A DNA stretch of 59,601 nt, filler included, from Squatina squatina (Eukaryota): assembly GCA_031763465.1 (NCBI GenBank). It is 4 parts of 3 records of this genome, joined end to end, with 100 filler letters (N's around TTAATTAATTAA, not from the genome) between each part and the next. Parts side by side here need not be neighbours in the genome. Positions count along the whole stretch, not along the records: positions 46,490 to 59,601 come from JARFOE010000001.1; 3 more parts are not named here. One strand, written 5' to 3'. The notes under the pieces are model-generated. The model had not been told where the DNA came from. It did no database searches and was given only the letters and a program-made list of their open reading frames with translations. Below, in pieces: positions 49,256 through 59,601 of the stretch (within the stretch, counting starts at the first letter, position 1; every line of letters begins with the position of its first letter). Both the position numbers and the translations under genes were made by a program.

Positions 49256-51522
49256 CTGTGGCTTGCAGTCAGGAAAAACAATTCCCGGCTGACCTGCACA
49301 CCCCACCGCACCCTGGCCACCACCCCGCCAAGCCACATCCCGCAACAACCCACAGTCACTGGGGCAATTTTGCCATGCATTTACAACCCTGGCTGAGATC
49401 TGCTAATTCAGCACAGTGCCAGGAATCAAACATTGGATCTTCTTGGTCTGTTTGTGCTGTATTAATCCCCAGAGATTTCAGGGAACCCAAGCTGCTGTAT
49501 TTTCCATATAGGAAAATAAAGAGTTGACGGCAGTCTACGTGTAGTAAAAGGTTTTGTTAGTAGTGCATAGCAGCAGCAGTTTGTTGATTCACTGAGCCGC
49601 CCCACCCGCCCCAACCTAATTTCTTTACTGTGTTTTCATGTACTGTGTGTATATAATCATATACTGACTCCAACAAACCGTGACTGAAATAACATTCACC
49701 ATCATAGTGCGAGCACGTGTAATCTAATCATTGCATTAAAAAAAATGAAATGTGGATTTCAGAGAGTCACAGCCATAACTCCCAGCAACATCTGTAGCTG
49801 GTTTTATTACCGGCAGTTTAAATTCTTCTGCCTCAAGCTTTTTTTCTGAATTACAAAGACAGGCTGCTGAAATTTACATTTTAATTGAGACAGAAGACAC
49901 CATGAGGCAGCTCAGTCGGTGTAGAGTTGCTGAAATGTAAAAAAAATATCCCACCGGAGCTTCCGATCTATAAAATGTTTCTCTGCTGGCGAGACTGCTT
50001 CGGAAGATAAATGAAGCCATCGCCCAGAGCCCAGCCCTCACCCGGACTGAAGACACAGTGCCATGAGCGATCCGCACCTCCTTCTCACACACGTCGAAAA
50101 TGGGAGTTCCACAGCAACGTAGGAGACTGATTGACACATTAGCATCTCCACCAAACCTGCCCCTGAACAGCAGCAAACATATTTACAAATAGATTAGTCA
50201 GAAGAAGGAAAGGGATGAATCACTAGGACTTCTTCAGATGCCAGATGCCTGGGCCAGAAGGGGTTGACACATTTGAGCTTATAAATGATATTCCTCCATG
50301 GAGGGTATCGTGTCCTCTTCAACAGCTAATGGTTCTCAGTAGAACACTCTGGTGCTGCGATATGATTATTGCGGATGAATTACAACTGACTGTGCAATCT
50401 TGACATTTTTAAAAGCAATCAGCAGTTTCCATATACTGTTTCTGCTTGCCCAGCAACATTACATTAATATTTTGTCTCTTCAAATTGTAATTTGGCCCAC
50501 AGGATTAGAAAGGCTGTGAAAATAATAACTTATTGACAGCTACCACTGCGAATACTGTGGATAATGGCATAATAGCAGAAGGATACAGAAAACCAGGAAA
50601 TAAATATGTTTTTAATTGGATCTATGTGGAGGTAATGCTATAATATCCCTACCCTACTGTAAGGGTTTATGTGTATGTATATTTGTTTTGTGCAAAGTGA
50701 CAAGTGATTAACAGCATATTACTCGTGTGCCTGGGACTTAAGTAATACTAAAAGATATGCTGGTTGATCTCCTATAGTGTCTAGGATGGATTTGGGATGT
50801 TTAACTGCTAACCTGCCTTAGCCCTTTAAGGAAACTGCTCAGGTTCTCTCTGTGGGCAAGTGGTCTAAATAAGCAAGCCCTTGCAATAGTGGCTTCCTGT
50901 AGATATCCGGCTCCAGATCAGGAAAATCCACCTCTCTCTCGGTGCGGACTGCACCTGTAACAGTGTATAATATCTGGAGTGTTGGGATGCGAGCTAGATG
51001 CCAGACTTTCATATCGATAGATGTGTTAGTCTCATTTGGTTGGAAACCAAAGAGAGGTTCGGTAAGAGTTTACAGGAAAGTAGCACTGAAACTTCTTTTA
51101 TGTTGGGTGTGTTGAGAGTACAGGCGTTAATGTGAGATCTTCCAATCGTAACACAGTTTTCTCGGGTTGATGGTCACATCACAGGTCAGTTGTGTTTATG
51201 TGGTGTTAATCAAGTGCACTTTCAAAACCAGTTGTAATTCAGAGACCTGGTCTAATAATCCAGAGAGGATGAGTTTCTTCATGGCAGTTTGAGAATTTGA
51301 ATTCAGTATTTTTTTTATAAATCTGGAAATAAGCTGGGTTGAGTAAAAGTGAACAGAATGACGAAGAATAAGCGTGAGAAGGATAGCAAGAAAGCGCCAA
51401 CTTGCATTTATATAGTGCCTTTNNNNNNNNNNNNNNNNNNNNNNNNNNNNNNNNNNNNNNNNNNNNNNNNNNNNNNNNNNNNNNNNNNNNNNNNNNNNNN
51501 NNNNNNNNNNNNNNNNNNNNNN

Positions 51523-51650
51523 CTCCGAGTGAAGAAATTTCTCCTCATCTCAGTCCTAAATGGCCAACCCCTTATTCCGAGACTGTGGCCCCTGGTTCTC
51601 AACTCCCCAGCCAGAGGAAACATCCTCCCTGCATATGCCCTGTCAAGCCC
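51523..51650 (-). mobile_element. CR1 LINE fragment
   Basis: RMFPLAGELRTRGHSLGIRGWPFRTEMRRNFFTR on the minus strand. Confidence 0.88.
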
Positions 51651-53377
51651 TGGAGGCAACGCAAAGCTAATTGCAAGAACCAGAACCTGATGCATGTTCC
51701 TCCTTGTACCCTTTCCAACCCAGGGTGAATGGACCATAGATTGCCAAAATTCAGAATGTACTCCTCCGAATTGGGCTTACAGGACACCGAGCAAGGACAC
51801 CATTAGAGCAGCTAAGAATCAGAGAGTGGCTACCAGGAAATCCTCACTGCACCACAAACTGAGGATTTGCATTTTTACAGCACAAGATGAATAGTGTTTA
51901 GCAAGCCAACAGCACTATTAGGCGATTGTTGTGATTTGCTGCCACAGCTAATGAGGCTGCAATGATTATTGAATTAATTGACCATCTTTCAACTACACCA
52001 GTGATGAAATCTATTATTTATATTTGATTAATGGGGAAAATACAAATCAACACTTATTGCTGTAATGCGATAAACCTATATTTAAGCTGCTCCTATTAGC
52101 ATTTGATGTTATCTCGAAAGCGCTTCGCTATCTGTGACAATCCATTAAGAAACAGGCTTAGTGAGGCTTTATTTAACTATTACAGTATGAGGTCTCTCTT
52201 CTAGAGTGGTACAAAGGTATGTTCTTGTTCCTCTTTAGCTCCAAATATACCATTCGACAATCTCTCCTCTTCCTTACATCCTCACTGTTGAAATTAAAAC
52301 CCGCCACATCATTTCTTAACCTAACTGTAGAGAGTGCTACCACTGAGCCAAGACTGACACCAAATCAATCAAATTGCACCACTACCCATAGACACAATTG
52401 GGGGATCCTAGCCTTTGGCTTTTTCCAACCTGTACTAAGTTGTTTATTTGTAGGTAATTGTACTGTGTCCCCATGGGGAGAGTGTATGCTCTCCATGTTG
52501 GCACTTGGCACTCTACATGTGTGAATTTCTCAGCAGTTTGGTTTGGAGACAGAAGTCCAGTGACTTGTTTCCAACTGATCCAAAAAGGAAAGCTGGGAAT
52601 GATGCTCCACTGAGGAACAAAATGTGGAATGGCGTATGGCATAGTGGCTCATGATTGGCACAGAATTGCATGAATTGACATTCTAAACTCTGAATTGGCG
52701 AACTGAATGATTGATTGTGTTGCTTCCAATTGTTGATCCTATTTATACCACAAAGATTAATAGGTCTAATTTGGAAATGTTTACAATACACTCNNNNNNN
52801 NNNNNNNNNNNNNNNNNNNNNNNNNNNNNNNNNNNNNNNNNNNNNNNNNNNNNNNNNNNNNNNNNNNNNNNNNNNNNNNNNNNNNNNNNNNNNGTACTTC
52901 TAAAGCACTTTGGGATGTCCTGAGGTCACAAAAGATGCTTATCTTTCTTTAGCTTCCTACGAGAGTGAGATTGTGCAAAGTAGAGCGTCAGGTTATATTT
53001 GTGCAACGTTACACCTGGAATGATGTTGATTCGTGTGCTCAAACACCCTTTTAACAAAAAGGGGAGAATGTCTGTTTCAAGAATTAAGGATTCAATAAAC
53101 AACATCATGGGAATTCGCAGCTACAAAACATGCAATTTTTGAGCATGCAATTTCATTAACAATTTGTCAATTGTGGAGAAAAACAGGTATTCTCCCATTT
53201 CATGTTAAGAGCAATTTAATTGTGGTTGCGTAAAATGGGAAACTCCTCTGTTCCATAATGCAAACATCCCTTAATGGGGGCAAATATCTGCCTTTAATGG
53301 AGCAGGATGGATATATTTTCTGGTCTGCAGCACCAATAACCTTTAAGAGCATCCTCAACACTTTAACATCCTCTTAC

Positions 53378-53662
53378 CAGACAAAACTTGAAGGTCAGCA
53401 TCATTTCCAGTTCTTGAGCTTCCAGGATTTTCTGCCAGGCAACGGTAGGACCCACCATCCCCTGCCTGAAGCTTGCTGATCACCAAAGATCCAGAGGGAA
53501 GAACAGCCAGGCGGGTGTCATCAGCACTTAGCTTCAGATCATTGCGGTTTTTCTGCCAATGAATGGAAGGCATAGGCTCACCAGTAACTTCACATTTCAG
53601 TAGGGCAACGTCTCCTGCATAAGCAGAGGCTGGCTCTGTCTGTGAGATGAATCTCAGTGGAC
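53378..53662 (-). CDS. DCC: Netrin receptor DCC, second Ig-domain exon (285 nt, phase 1-1)
   Basis: ttttctag|[43 protein letters not shown]...[41 protein letters not shown]|gtaaga compared with recalled human DCC [39 protein letters not shown]...SSRTGNEAEVRILS. Confidence 0.93.
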
Positions 53663-54319
53663 CTAGAAAAAAGGGACAGATATTTATTAGACATTGTTAA
53701 AAGTTGATGGCTAAAGGTCAAATTTTGCCATCACCGTGATGGCTGATATGAGGCTTATTGGCTGTAGTTAGCACCTGTGTTATTGATTGCAGTGGAGCAA
53801 TGTTTGGAATTTAGTGGCATTGTTAGGTGTATTCATTTCCCAAATGTTCAATGTATTTTTAAAGTTTATAATACATTTAAAAGATAAAGTGAATTCTGTA
53901 TTTTATAGTAATATTTGATTGTCAGCCAATTCTTGGAAGTCACATGGCCTAATTCTTGGCAGTCACCTGATCAATTCTTGGAANNNNNNNNNNNNNNNNN
54001 NNNNNNNNNNNNNNNNNNNNNNNNNNNNNNNNNNNNNNNNNNNNNNNNNNNNNNNNNNNNNNNNNNNNNNNNNNNNNNNNNNNAAACATTGCTTGAAGAA
54101 CATTTAATTGTGAGTTCTGTTTAATTGCATATTCCAAAGGGGAACATAATGTTTAATGGTAAGTGAATTGTGTAGCTAGAAGCATCTCACTGTCAGTTGA
54201 CTACTTTCCTCCCTTCCTATAATTAAACTTCAGAGAAAGACATATAATGAATAATACTTTTACTGCATAAAATGGAATGCAACTCACAGGGCTTCCATAT
54301 ATCCTACAGCAAGCCAAGC

Positions 54320-54640
54320 AACAACAATTATTTGCATTTATATTGCACCTTTAAAGTAGGAAAAAGACCCAAGGCACTTCACAGAAGCGTAATCAGACAA
54401 AAATTGACACCAAACCAAAGAGGGAGATATCAGGAGCAGTGACTAAAATCTTGGCCTTAAGGAGGGTGTTAAACGAAAGGGGAGAGGTGGAGAGATGGAG
54501 AGGTTTGGGAGGGAATTCCAGAGCTGAGGCCCTAAATGGCTGAAGGCACAGTGACCAGTGAGGTGAGGGGAGTGGGGGGATGCACAAAAGACCAGAGTTT
54601 AAGGAACACAGAGTTCTCAGAGGGTTGTAGGACAGATTGC
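54320..54640 (-). mobile_element. L2 LINE 3' end
   Basis: TTGCATTTATAT.GCACCTTT...CCAAGGCACTTCACAG is the reverse complement of the L2 tail, followed by GGGAATTCCAGAG (LWNSL). Confidence 0.8.
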
Positions 54641-54999
54641 AGAGCGAGATGGCTTTTATTTCCTGGCTGCACGTACATTAAAAAGAAAAGTAGATGTGCA
54701 TTAATAGCTATATTCCACCAATGTGCTTCAGAGATTAAAGGCAGCAATTTGTTAGCCAATGGTATGTCGCTTTGGTAAAAGTGCACGAGCAAGCCCTTAC
54801 TGACCTGTCTGTCTCCTATACAGAGAAATAATAATGTAGGTAGGCATCAAAGAGTGGATGGCCTGTGTCATTTTGTTTCCCAGAATGTATACATAGGGCT
54901 GAATTTTTGCACTTGTCAAAGAGGGAGAAGCTGGGGATTGAACCACAGTTCCACTGGCCATATCAGAATGGAGAACTGCAATCAGGAACAGCACAACCA

Positions 55000-55610
55000 G
55001 ATGTGCAGCAAAACTCACACGGATTTGTGAAGGGGAGGTCTTGCCTCACAAATCTTATTGAATTCTTTGAGGAGGTGACCAAGCGCGTGGATGANNNNNN
55101 NNNNNNNNNNNNNNNNNNNNNNNNNNNNNNNNNNNNNNNNNNNNNNNNNNNNNNNNNNNNNNNNNNNNNNNNNNNNNNNNNNNNNNNNNNNNNNCCATGA
55201 TCCAATTGAATGGCGGAGCGGGCTCGACGGGCCGAATGGCCTACTCCTGCTCCTACTTCTTATGCTCTTATTGAGCTTGCTCCATCATTCAATTAGATCA
55301 TAACTGATCTGTACCTCAATTCCATTTTCCCGCCTTAACTCAATTTCTCTTGATACCCTTAACTAACAAAAATCTATCGATCTCAGTCTTGCAAGCCCCA
55401 ATTGTCCCAGCTTACACAGACCTGTGGGTGAGATCATTCTAGATTTCCGCCACCCTTTGTGTGAAAAGATGCTTCCTGATTTCTCTCCTAAATGGCATTG
55501 CTGTAATTTTACGATTATGTCCCCTCGTTTTTGATTCCCCATTAGAGGATACCCTATTGAATTTGTTTAATACCTCAATCTTCTCCATACAACCCCTCAA
55601 TCTTCTTATT
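55000..55610. mobile_element. CR1 fragments: + strand RT piece and tail abutting a - strand CR1 tail
   Basis: HGFVKGRSCLTNLIEFFEEVTK, then a gap, a + tail to ~55270 and a - tail from ~55272. Confidence 0.8.
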
Positions 55611-56519
55611 TTTCATGGAACTTCAGTCGAAATAAAAAATGGGAGAGATATAAAACAGGCTGCTTATTTCCTATCTTACACTGTTGCGCAAAGTCAAAAT
55701 TACTCCCATTGTGCGAAACATTAAGAGACATGTTGAGCTAACAAGGTACTATATCAATGGAAGTGTCATTTAATCTCCCAGGTGATGAATTACTGAAAAC
55801 GCTGCTCACTCCTCATTCCAGTTTGCTATTTTCATTTGAAGTTTTCTCGTATTGTGTTTTCTTTAATGATTGTTAATGCTTCAATATCATCTGATTGTGC
55901 TGTGTTAATAATATATTCCTCCAGCGTGAAGGTTTAAGTCTACAATTAAGCACTAAACAGCTAATTACTACTTGATGGTGACATGTTTTTTTACCCAGTA
56001 AAGTGTAATTATCAACCGTTTTACAGAGCAACCGATACGAATTATACAAAACAAAGTTCCTTTTAAGGCAGGGTGTGACTCAGCATCAGCATGATGTATT
56101 TTCAATCAAGCAGCATATAATTAAAATAAATCACTGTTTTGACTAATTAATTTCTCTAGTCATTGTGCCTTCCAGTTATCATATAATTTGTTCACAATTT
56201 TAAGTCTATTTGGATTAAGGATTTAATTATTAAAAAACTAATCTGGCAAATGGATAAATAAGATTTAGTCAAATGGATTTGTGCTTTAAGGTAACTCTGT
56301 TGTGGACCAATTTCAGATCAAGCGGAAAAGGGCTCAGCAAGGAGAGTGGGGACCTTAAAATGATCAATGGCAAACAACTGCAAAAAAAATGTTCTGAAAA
56401 ATGGAGAGTCAGGCACAATGAAAGCAGAGATCGTCTTCAGATGTCTTCTGATGTCAGTCATCGATGCTCGACTGTGGCAGATTTTTGCTCCTGAACTGAC
56501 AATTCCAAGCCTTGTGGGA

Positions 56520-56799
56520 TTTGTGGCTGCAGAGATAGTGGATACATTGGTTGTAATCTTCCAAAAATCCTTAGATTCTGGAGAAGTACAGGAGGATTGG
56601 AATATTGCCAATGTGATACCCTTATTCAAAAAGGGTGGGAGGCAAAAAGCGGGTAACTATAGGCCGGTTGGCCTAATGTCTATTATTGGAAAAATATTAG
56701 AATCAATTATTAAGGATGTAATAGCAGAACATTTGGAAAGTCATAATCTGAACAAGCAGAGTCAGCATGGCTTCATGAAGGGGAAATCATGTCTGACAA
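56520..56799 (+). mobile_element. CR1 LINE RT fragment
   Basis: IFQKSLDSGEVQEDWNIANVIPLFKKGGRQKAGNYRPV...SQHGFMKGKSCLT. Confidence 0.92.
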
Positions 56800-56989
56800 N
56801 NNNNNNNNNNNNNNNNNNNNNNNNNNNNNNNNNNNNNNNNNNNNNNNNNNNNNNNNNNNNNNNNNNNNNNNNNNNNNNNNNNNNNNNNNNNNNNNNNNNG
56901 GAGAGAGGTTCCAAGTACTTAAAACAGAAAATCTAGCTCCTTGATGGCCTACTGGATAAAGGCATCACCAGGTGTAATACAAAATCATA

Positions 56990-57345
56990 CAGCCCAGACA
57001 ATATCGGGTTCAATTCCTACTCCGTGCTGTTAGTGAATCACAGGTGGCCTGGGGCAGTAATTGGAGCATTACAATTGACCTTAGGGGTGGGAAAAATTAG
57101 ACAAGGTTTCTGACTTCTGAAGATTATCCACGTGCCTCCTTCTGAAAGTGTACCTGTGCGGACATTGTGCGAGAACCGGATTGGGCTCATCTGGATTGCC
57201 CTCTGTAGCTGAATATCTGGTAAAGCTCACAATCTAGCCTCACATATGAAGAATGATCATATGGATGAGGTAATGAACAGCTTTTGAATCCATGCCCCAG
57301 AAAGAAACAGCTACTTCAGGAGAGAAGGGAGAAAATAAATTGGGG
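56990..57345 (+). mobile_element. Old tRNA-head SINE-like repeat
   Basis: B-box-like GGTTCAATTCC at ~57007. Body is similar to 23775-24050 and to the reverse complement of 6785-7025. Confidence 0.55.
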
Positions 57346-59004
57346 AAGGACAAAACGCAAAAATAAAGTTTAAACAGTGTAGCTAACAGCCCTCTGCCTT
57401 CCAGAGCCACGTCGCTGTCTGGTTGACATTTCAAAGCTTGACTGAAATGTAACCCTAGTGAAGAAAGCAGCTCGTATCAGCAGCCCTAGGGACAGAGTAA
57501 AGGCTGCTGTCACTGAGACTCTGCTAGTGGTCTTGGCCTGTTCAGAATGCAAAACTGTGAAGCGGATTATGCTCCCCTCCCCCTCAGGCACGGTGAAGTA
57601 ACCTAGTGGGAGTTTAATCTCTCCCTACAGAAACGCTAATTATTAAGCAATTAAAAGTTCATTTTAAAAACCTAATCATTAGGGAGAAACCCTCTGGCTC
57701 TTAAAGCCACCTAAACTGTTTAACATTCAGTAAATGCTTTAAGCCAAACTCGGTGGGGGCAGGGTGTGCAGAGTGAGCGGGTGGGGGGTGTCACACCTTC
57801 TGTTCCTTAAATTATTCATGATACAATATTTATGTCAAATATGCCGAACATCATTTTTTATAATTATTGTGGAGCAAACATTGAAATTGTATGGATTGCT
57901 ATCACTTCTGTGTACTTAAAGGCAACATTAGCATTAACATTTTATTAAAAACACGAAATAGATCAGTCTTTCCATTCCAAAACTGTTATCAATATTTGAT
58001 GGTGTTAAGCCTGATACACAATTAATCTTGATTTTATTAATAATTTAACACACTATATGCCATCAACAAATGTAAGATTGCTAACTTGAATAGGGCTTAT
58101 CTTAGTACTTAGGGATTTGAATAAAAAGGGCCTTTGTATCGGCGAAACTATTCGACGGAGTATATACTTTAAGCACCATGCTATTCTTAGATTTTTTTTA
58201 TTCTGTGGTTGTGGAAAGCAATTTTACTGCCCACAGGATTGAAATTTCACTATGTATGAAAATCTTAAATCAATAATTCACAAGTGTGACATAATGTTCA
58301 GCAACCTGAAACAGTGCTCAGCATCCCAAAATTCATTAAAAAAATTCGCTTAACGTCTTATCAGGATTGCTATTATCTCTTAAAACACACAAGCATCTCA
58401 ATGGTGAATTTAATTTTGCTGGGATGACTGCCAAGTATCACAAGTCTCCCATGTTCATGACTCATTGTCACGAGCTCCTCTTATTTTGTTTCTTAGCATT
58501 TCTTTTTCCCCCACTCAGCAAGGTTGGGGGGGAGTGCTGGAGAGAGGGACGTTTACCATTTCTCAGCACGCAGTGACAGCATCAAGCACTCAAAAGCCAG
58601 GTCTATCACAAGCCAGATGTCAAGTTAAAGCACCTTTTGTTTGGTCCCAGTAATATGCTTCATCCCAATTTTGGAAAAGCACCAGTGTGAACAGTTTCTT
58701 TACTCTCTGAGCTTACCAATTTGGTGCCACTATGTGACCAGATGTGTGCTGGGAGCCTACAATCACCAGGAACTTGATTGAGAATAACCCAAGCTTATTT
58801 CACACAAAAACCTTACAATCATCGGTCATCCCGTCATTCCTCACTTGATTCAAAAGGTGGAAAGGATGTCTGCCACCTCTGTGCCAGCTAGCCTGAGATC
58901 AGCCATGATCTCATTGAATGACGGAGCAGGCTCGAAGGGCCGAATGACCGACTCCTGCTCCTATATTTTATGTTTCTTCCTGCTCCTGCACCATTGCCTC
59001 TCGT

Positions 59005-59405
59005 CCTCCAAGGATCGATCCTTGGCCGCCTCTTGTCTTTCACTTAACGTGCCGCCCCTTGGCGACCTCATCCGGTCTCAGTTTCCACATGTACGCTGAC
59101 GATACCCAGCTCTATCTCACCACCACCGCCCCACTCTCTCCAAATTCTCAGATTGCTTGTCCGACATCCAGTACTGGAAGAGCAGAAATTATAATTTTAA
59201 TCGCTCCGCCATTGGTGGCCGTGCTTCCAGCTGCCTAAACCTCCCCACCTCTCTACTTCTCCCCTCCTTTTAAGACGCTCCTTAAAACCTACCTCTTTGA
59301 CCGAGCTTTTGGTCACCTGTCCTAATATCTCCTTCTGTGGCTTGGTATCAAATTTGCTTTGATAATCGCTCCTGTAAAACGCCCTGGGATGTTTACTAAA
59401 GGCAC
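59005..59405 (+). mobile_element. Internally deleted L2 LINE (RT YADD region joined to 3' end)
   Basis: PQGSILG...SFHMYADDTQLYL followed closely by GGRA..C and the L2 tail. Confidence 0.8.
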
Positions 59406-59444
59406 TGACCCCTTGGTCAATAATCCTGACATCAATAAGAAACG

Positions 59445-59601
59445 GTCGCGTAGTGGTTACATTACAGGACGAGTAATCCAGAGGCCTGGATTAATGATCT
59501 GAAGATGCAAGTTCAAATCCCACAACGGGAGCTGGAAGAAATCTGTAATAAAAAGCTGGTGTTAGTATGGTGACCACGAAACTACAAAATTGTCATTAAA
59601 A
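59445..59601 (+). mobile_element. tRNA-derived SINE head
   Basis: A-box-like GCGTAGTGG and B-box GTTCAAATCC, but no full cloverleaf. A similar decayed copy lies at ~51230-51350. Confidence 0.65.

Noticed and set aside
49874-50176. 100-aa minus ORF in a CpG-retaining patch
   Set aside because: No recognisable protein in any frame I translated, and the splice signals are weak.
53378-53662. Neogenin (NEO1) as alternative identity
   Set aside because: GPLRF.SQTE, CEV.GEPMP.IHWQKN and SSRTGN match recalled DCC better than NEO1.
59445-59530. Possible tRNA gene (also 14685-14745)
   Set aside because: It has A/B boxes but no complete cloverleaf and continues into a SINE body.

Overview
Vertebrate nuclear DNA, almost certainly from a cartilaginous fish (shark), judging by the CR1 3' tails, Deu-domain SINEs, Penelope-like ends and L2/RTE fragments. 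It comes from a heavily gapped assembly with many 100-N gaps and three artificial N44-TTAATTAATTAA-N44 spacers. Isolated exons of four unrelated genes are recognisable by translation plus splice sites: TSHZ1 coding exon 1 (- strand, with a uORF and TALE/HOX-motif-dense flanks), two late AGL exons (+), one ARFGEF3/BIG3 exon (+) and the DCC Ig2 exon (-). Their co-occurrence within 30 kb without neighbouring exons indicates a mosaic pseudo-scaffold rather than real synteny. The most interesting biology is a family of Penelope-like terminal repeats carrying minimal hammerhead-ribozyme-like motifs (tandem, inverted and solo copies, all slightly decayed), and the TSHZ1 5' regulatory architecture. 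I found no convincing wholly new system. Gene identities come from recalled protein sequences, not database searches, and repeat boundaries are approximate.
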